Below, piece by piece: positions 61,438 through 64,000 of a DNA stretch of 64,000 bases. Origin of the DNA: Rubripirellula sp. (lineage in GTDB: Bacteria; Planctomycetota; Planctomycetia; Pirellulales; Pirellulaceae). Position numbers and translations under genes: made by a program. The number at the start of each line of letters is the position of its first letter. Positions within the stretch are counted from its first letter, which is position 1. The notes beneath the pieces were generated by a model. The model saw nothing but the letters and a program-made list of their open reading frames with translations. It was not told where the DNA came from and did not search any database. The DNA is taken from the NCBI GenBank assembly GCA_965216875.1, contig OZ244207.1, positions 480,001 to 544,000 on the forward strand, read 5' to 3'.

Positions 61438-62517
61438 ATGAAGCCCTATTTGCGTTTTTGTGCCCTCTTTGCCGCGGTGCTGTCCGTATCGGTTGGTCTG
61501 GGCGCTTCGGTCGGATTGGCCGATTCCCACACTCTCCATTTCGCTCCGGCCGATGGCAAGGCAAACGGCAAGAAGGTCGTTCTGGTTGCGGGTGACGAAG
61601 AGTATCGCACCGAGGAAACCATGCCGATGCTCGGCAAGATCCTCAGTCAAACTCATGGTTTCGATTGCACCGTTGTCTTCGCTCACTCGGAAGACGGAAC
61701 CTACATCGATCCAAACAACCAACTTGGTCTTCGTGGACTCAAAGCACTCGATGATGCTGACTTGATGATCATCGGCACGCGATTCCGCAAACCGAACGAA
61801 GAAGAAGCTGCCCACGTCACCAAGTACCTCAACGCCGGCAAACCGATCATCGGGATTCGGACGTCAACACACGCGTTCAATGGTGACGGCACTTTCGGGG
61901 GCTCGCTCGCTTTCGCTGATTTTGGTCTGAACATTCTTGGCGAAAAATGGGTCAGCCATCACGGTGGGCACAAGAGGGAAGGTGCTCGGGGCTATGTCGA
62001 AGAGGGCAAGGCAGATCACCCCATCCTGAATTCGGTCAGCGATGTCTTTGCACTCAGTGACGTCTATGGCGTGATTCACTTGACCGATGCAGACAACATT
62101 TTGATGCGAGCGGCCGTCACGGAATCGCTCGAACCGAGCTCGAAGGACGTCGCGGGCAAAAAGAATGATCCGATGCAACCCTTCGCATGGATCCATCCAT
62201 ACACCGCGCCTTCGGGAACGGCCGGCAAATCGTTTTGCACCACGGGGGGCGCTTCGGTCGACTTTTTGAACGAAGGCCTGCGTCGCATGGTCGTCAACGC
62301 TGCCTTCCACATGACCGGAATGGAAGTCCCTGAAAAGGCAGACGTCGCTTTCGTCGATCCTTTCTATCCAAGCTTCTACGGTTTCATCCGCGAAAAGACT
62401 TGGTGGAAGGATGCCGACATGCAGCCGTCGGATTATGACCTGGGCAAGACACCGACTGCCAACGACCCCAAAGGAACTCCCAACTGGGATTTCTGGCGTC
62501 CTCAAAAAAAAAAGTAA
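61438..62517 (+). CDS. Exported ThuA-like (class I glutamine amidotransferase-fold) protein; ends at an A10 slippery run
   Basis: Signal peptide; VVLVAGDEEYRTEE, GIRTSTHAF, CTTGGASVDF; ends PQKKK-stop. Confidence 0.85.
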   Translation: MKPYLRFCALFAAVLSVSVGLGASVGLADSHTLHFAPADGKANGKKVVLVAGDEEYRTEETMPMLGKILSQTHGFDCTVVFAHSEDGTYIDPNNQLGLRGLKALDDADLMIIGTRFRKPNEEEAAHVTKYLNAGKPIIGIRTSTHAFNGDGTFGGSLAFADFGLNILGEKWVSHHGGHKREGARGYVEEGKADHPILNSVSDVFALSDVYGVIHLTDADNILMRAAVTESLEPSSKDVAGKKNDPMQPFAWIHPYTAPSGTAGKSFCTTGGASVDFLNEGLRRMVVNAAFHMTGMEVPEKADVAFVDPFYPSFYGFIREKTWWKDADMQPSDYDLGKTPTANDPKGTPNWDFWRPQKKK

Positions 62518-64000
62518 CTGACGGCGCATTCGTTCCGCAGAAAGGCCTGCGTATCGCGGCCGTCGGCAACGCCCTTGCCGAGCGGATGAATGAATACGGT
62601 CATTTTGAAACCATGTTGCACACCCGATTTCCTGAAAAGGAATTGGTGTTTCGCAACTTTGGTTGGCCAGCGGACGAGGTTTCTAATCGACAGCGTCCAA
62701 GCAACTACACAAAGATCGACGATCCGCTAAAGGTTTTCGCTCCCGAGCTGTTCCTTTGTTTTTACGGGTTCAATGAGTCGTTTGCTGGCGACGACGCGGG
62801 GACCATCAACAGTTTCGCGTCGGCTTACCGACTCTATCTTTCCAACCTTGCCAAGGACTTTGCCAAGGATGGACGCACGCCTTCGTTCATCCTGGTTGGG
62901 CCGACTGCATTCGAAGCGACGGGCAATCCGCTACAGCCATCGGGTGTCCAGGAAAACGCTCGTCTGGCCAAGTACAACGCCGCGATCAAGAAAGTCGCTC
63001 TCGACGACGGCCATCTTTTTGTTGACCTGTTCGATTTGACCAAGCAAATGTTTGGTGCCGATCCAGGCAATCAATACACCACCAACGGTGTCCACATGAA
63101 CGAGCGTGGCGACGCTCTGGTGGCCAGCTTGATCGACAAGAGCCTGTTTCGTGGCAAGCATCCACAGGCGTCAAATCGCGAGGCGTTTGACAGGGTGCGT
63201 CATTGGGTCAACGACAAGTCGTGGTTTCACCAACAAGACTACCGCATGCTCAACGGTTGGTACGTCTATGGTGGCCGGCGGACGTTCGATACCGAAACAT
63301 TCCCGACCGAGTACCGCAAGATTCGCAATATGGTCGCGGTGCGTGACCAATACATTTGGAATCTCGCTGCCGGACGCGACGTACCCGACTCGCCTGATGA
63401 TTCGGCTACGGGAGATGTCTTCGAGCCCGAGACGATGTTCGGCACTCGCGATCAGAATTTTCGTGAAATGCGCGAGCCGCAAAAACTGGTTTACCCGACT
63501 CCCGAAGAGTCGATCGACATGATGACCGTGCCAGAAGGTTTCAAGGTCGAACTCTTTGCATCGGAACGGGAATTCCCAGAACTTGCCAATCCGAATCAGA
63601 TTGCGTTCGACAACAAGGGCCGTTTGTGGGTCTCGTGCATGGCGAACTACCCGCAATGGCAACCCGGTGCTGCGAAACCGAACGACCGATTGCTGATCTT
63701 TGAAGACACCGACAAAGACGGCAAGGCCGACAAGTGCACGCCCTTCTATGACAAATTGATTTGTCCGACCGGTTTCGAGTTCTGGAATGGCGGCGTGCTC
63801 GTCGTTGACGAACCCCGCATCCTGTTCCTTAAAGACACCGATGGTGACGATCGAGCTGACTATGTCGAACAAGTGATCGACGGGATCGCGACCGATGACA
63901 CGCACCACACTGTGGGCGCATGGGAATTTTCTCACGGCGGACGCCTGCACATGCTCGAAGGCATTCAGCTCTCGACCACTCTCGAAACTCCCTGGGGGCC
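62514..64000 (+). CDS. SGNH-like domain + PVC-type membrane-bound dehydrogenase domain protein, truncated by the window end; in the -1 frame of the ThuA ORF (absent from the ORF track)
   Basis: Manual translation: VTDGAFVPQKGLRIAAVGNALAERMNEYGHFE...RNFGWPAD...YGFNES...TTNGVHMN...VPEGFKVELFASE...NPNQIAFDNKGRLWV...EDTDKDGKAD; no stop seen up to 64000. Confidence 0.85.

Overview
GC-rich chromosomal window, almost certainly from a Pirellulaceae planctomycete (Rhodopirellula/Stieleria-like), judged from DUF1559 prepilin-motif genes, a DUF1549/1553-DUF1501 pair, sulfatases, an ECF/FecR pair and a PVC-type dehydrogenase. It has about 43 CDS and one tRNA-Pro(TGG). The loci are: a reductive pyrimidine catabolism operon whose PreA is plant-PYD1-like and has no PreT in the window; a sugar-acid catabolic operon (DapA-like, enolase-superfamily, SSS, eda, kdgK); an nfeD-nfeD-floA operon; an FG-GAP/ASPIC-UnbV/DUF1559 cluster; and a BlaI/M56 operon with a clear palindromic operator. 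Two divergent REP-associated tyrosine transposases (RAYTs) are each flanked by their own REP family, one beside a 5 x 98-bp BIME-like array with compensatory stem changes, and about six further REP-like families fill intergenic gaps. The strongest novel signal is at the right end. A secreted ThuA-like ORF ends on an A10 run with an in-frame A_AAA_AAG slippery site, a stop and a stem-loop 5 nt downstream, and the -1 frame continues, with no start codon ahead of its first conserved block, into an SGNH + PVC-type dehydrogenase ORF missing from the ORF track. This is a candidate programmed frameshift; a homopolymer sequencing error is the main alternative. All family calls come from motif recognition by eye; no searches were run.
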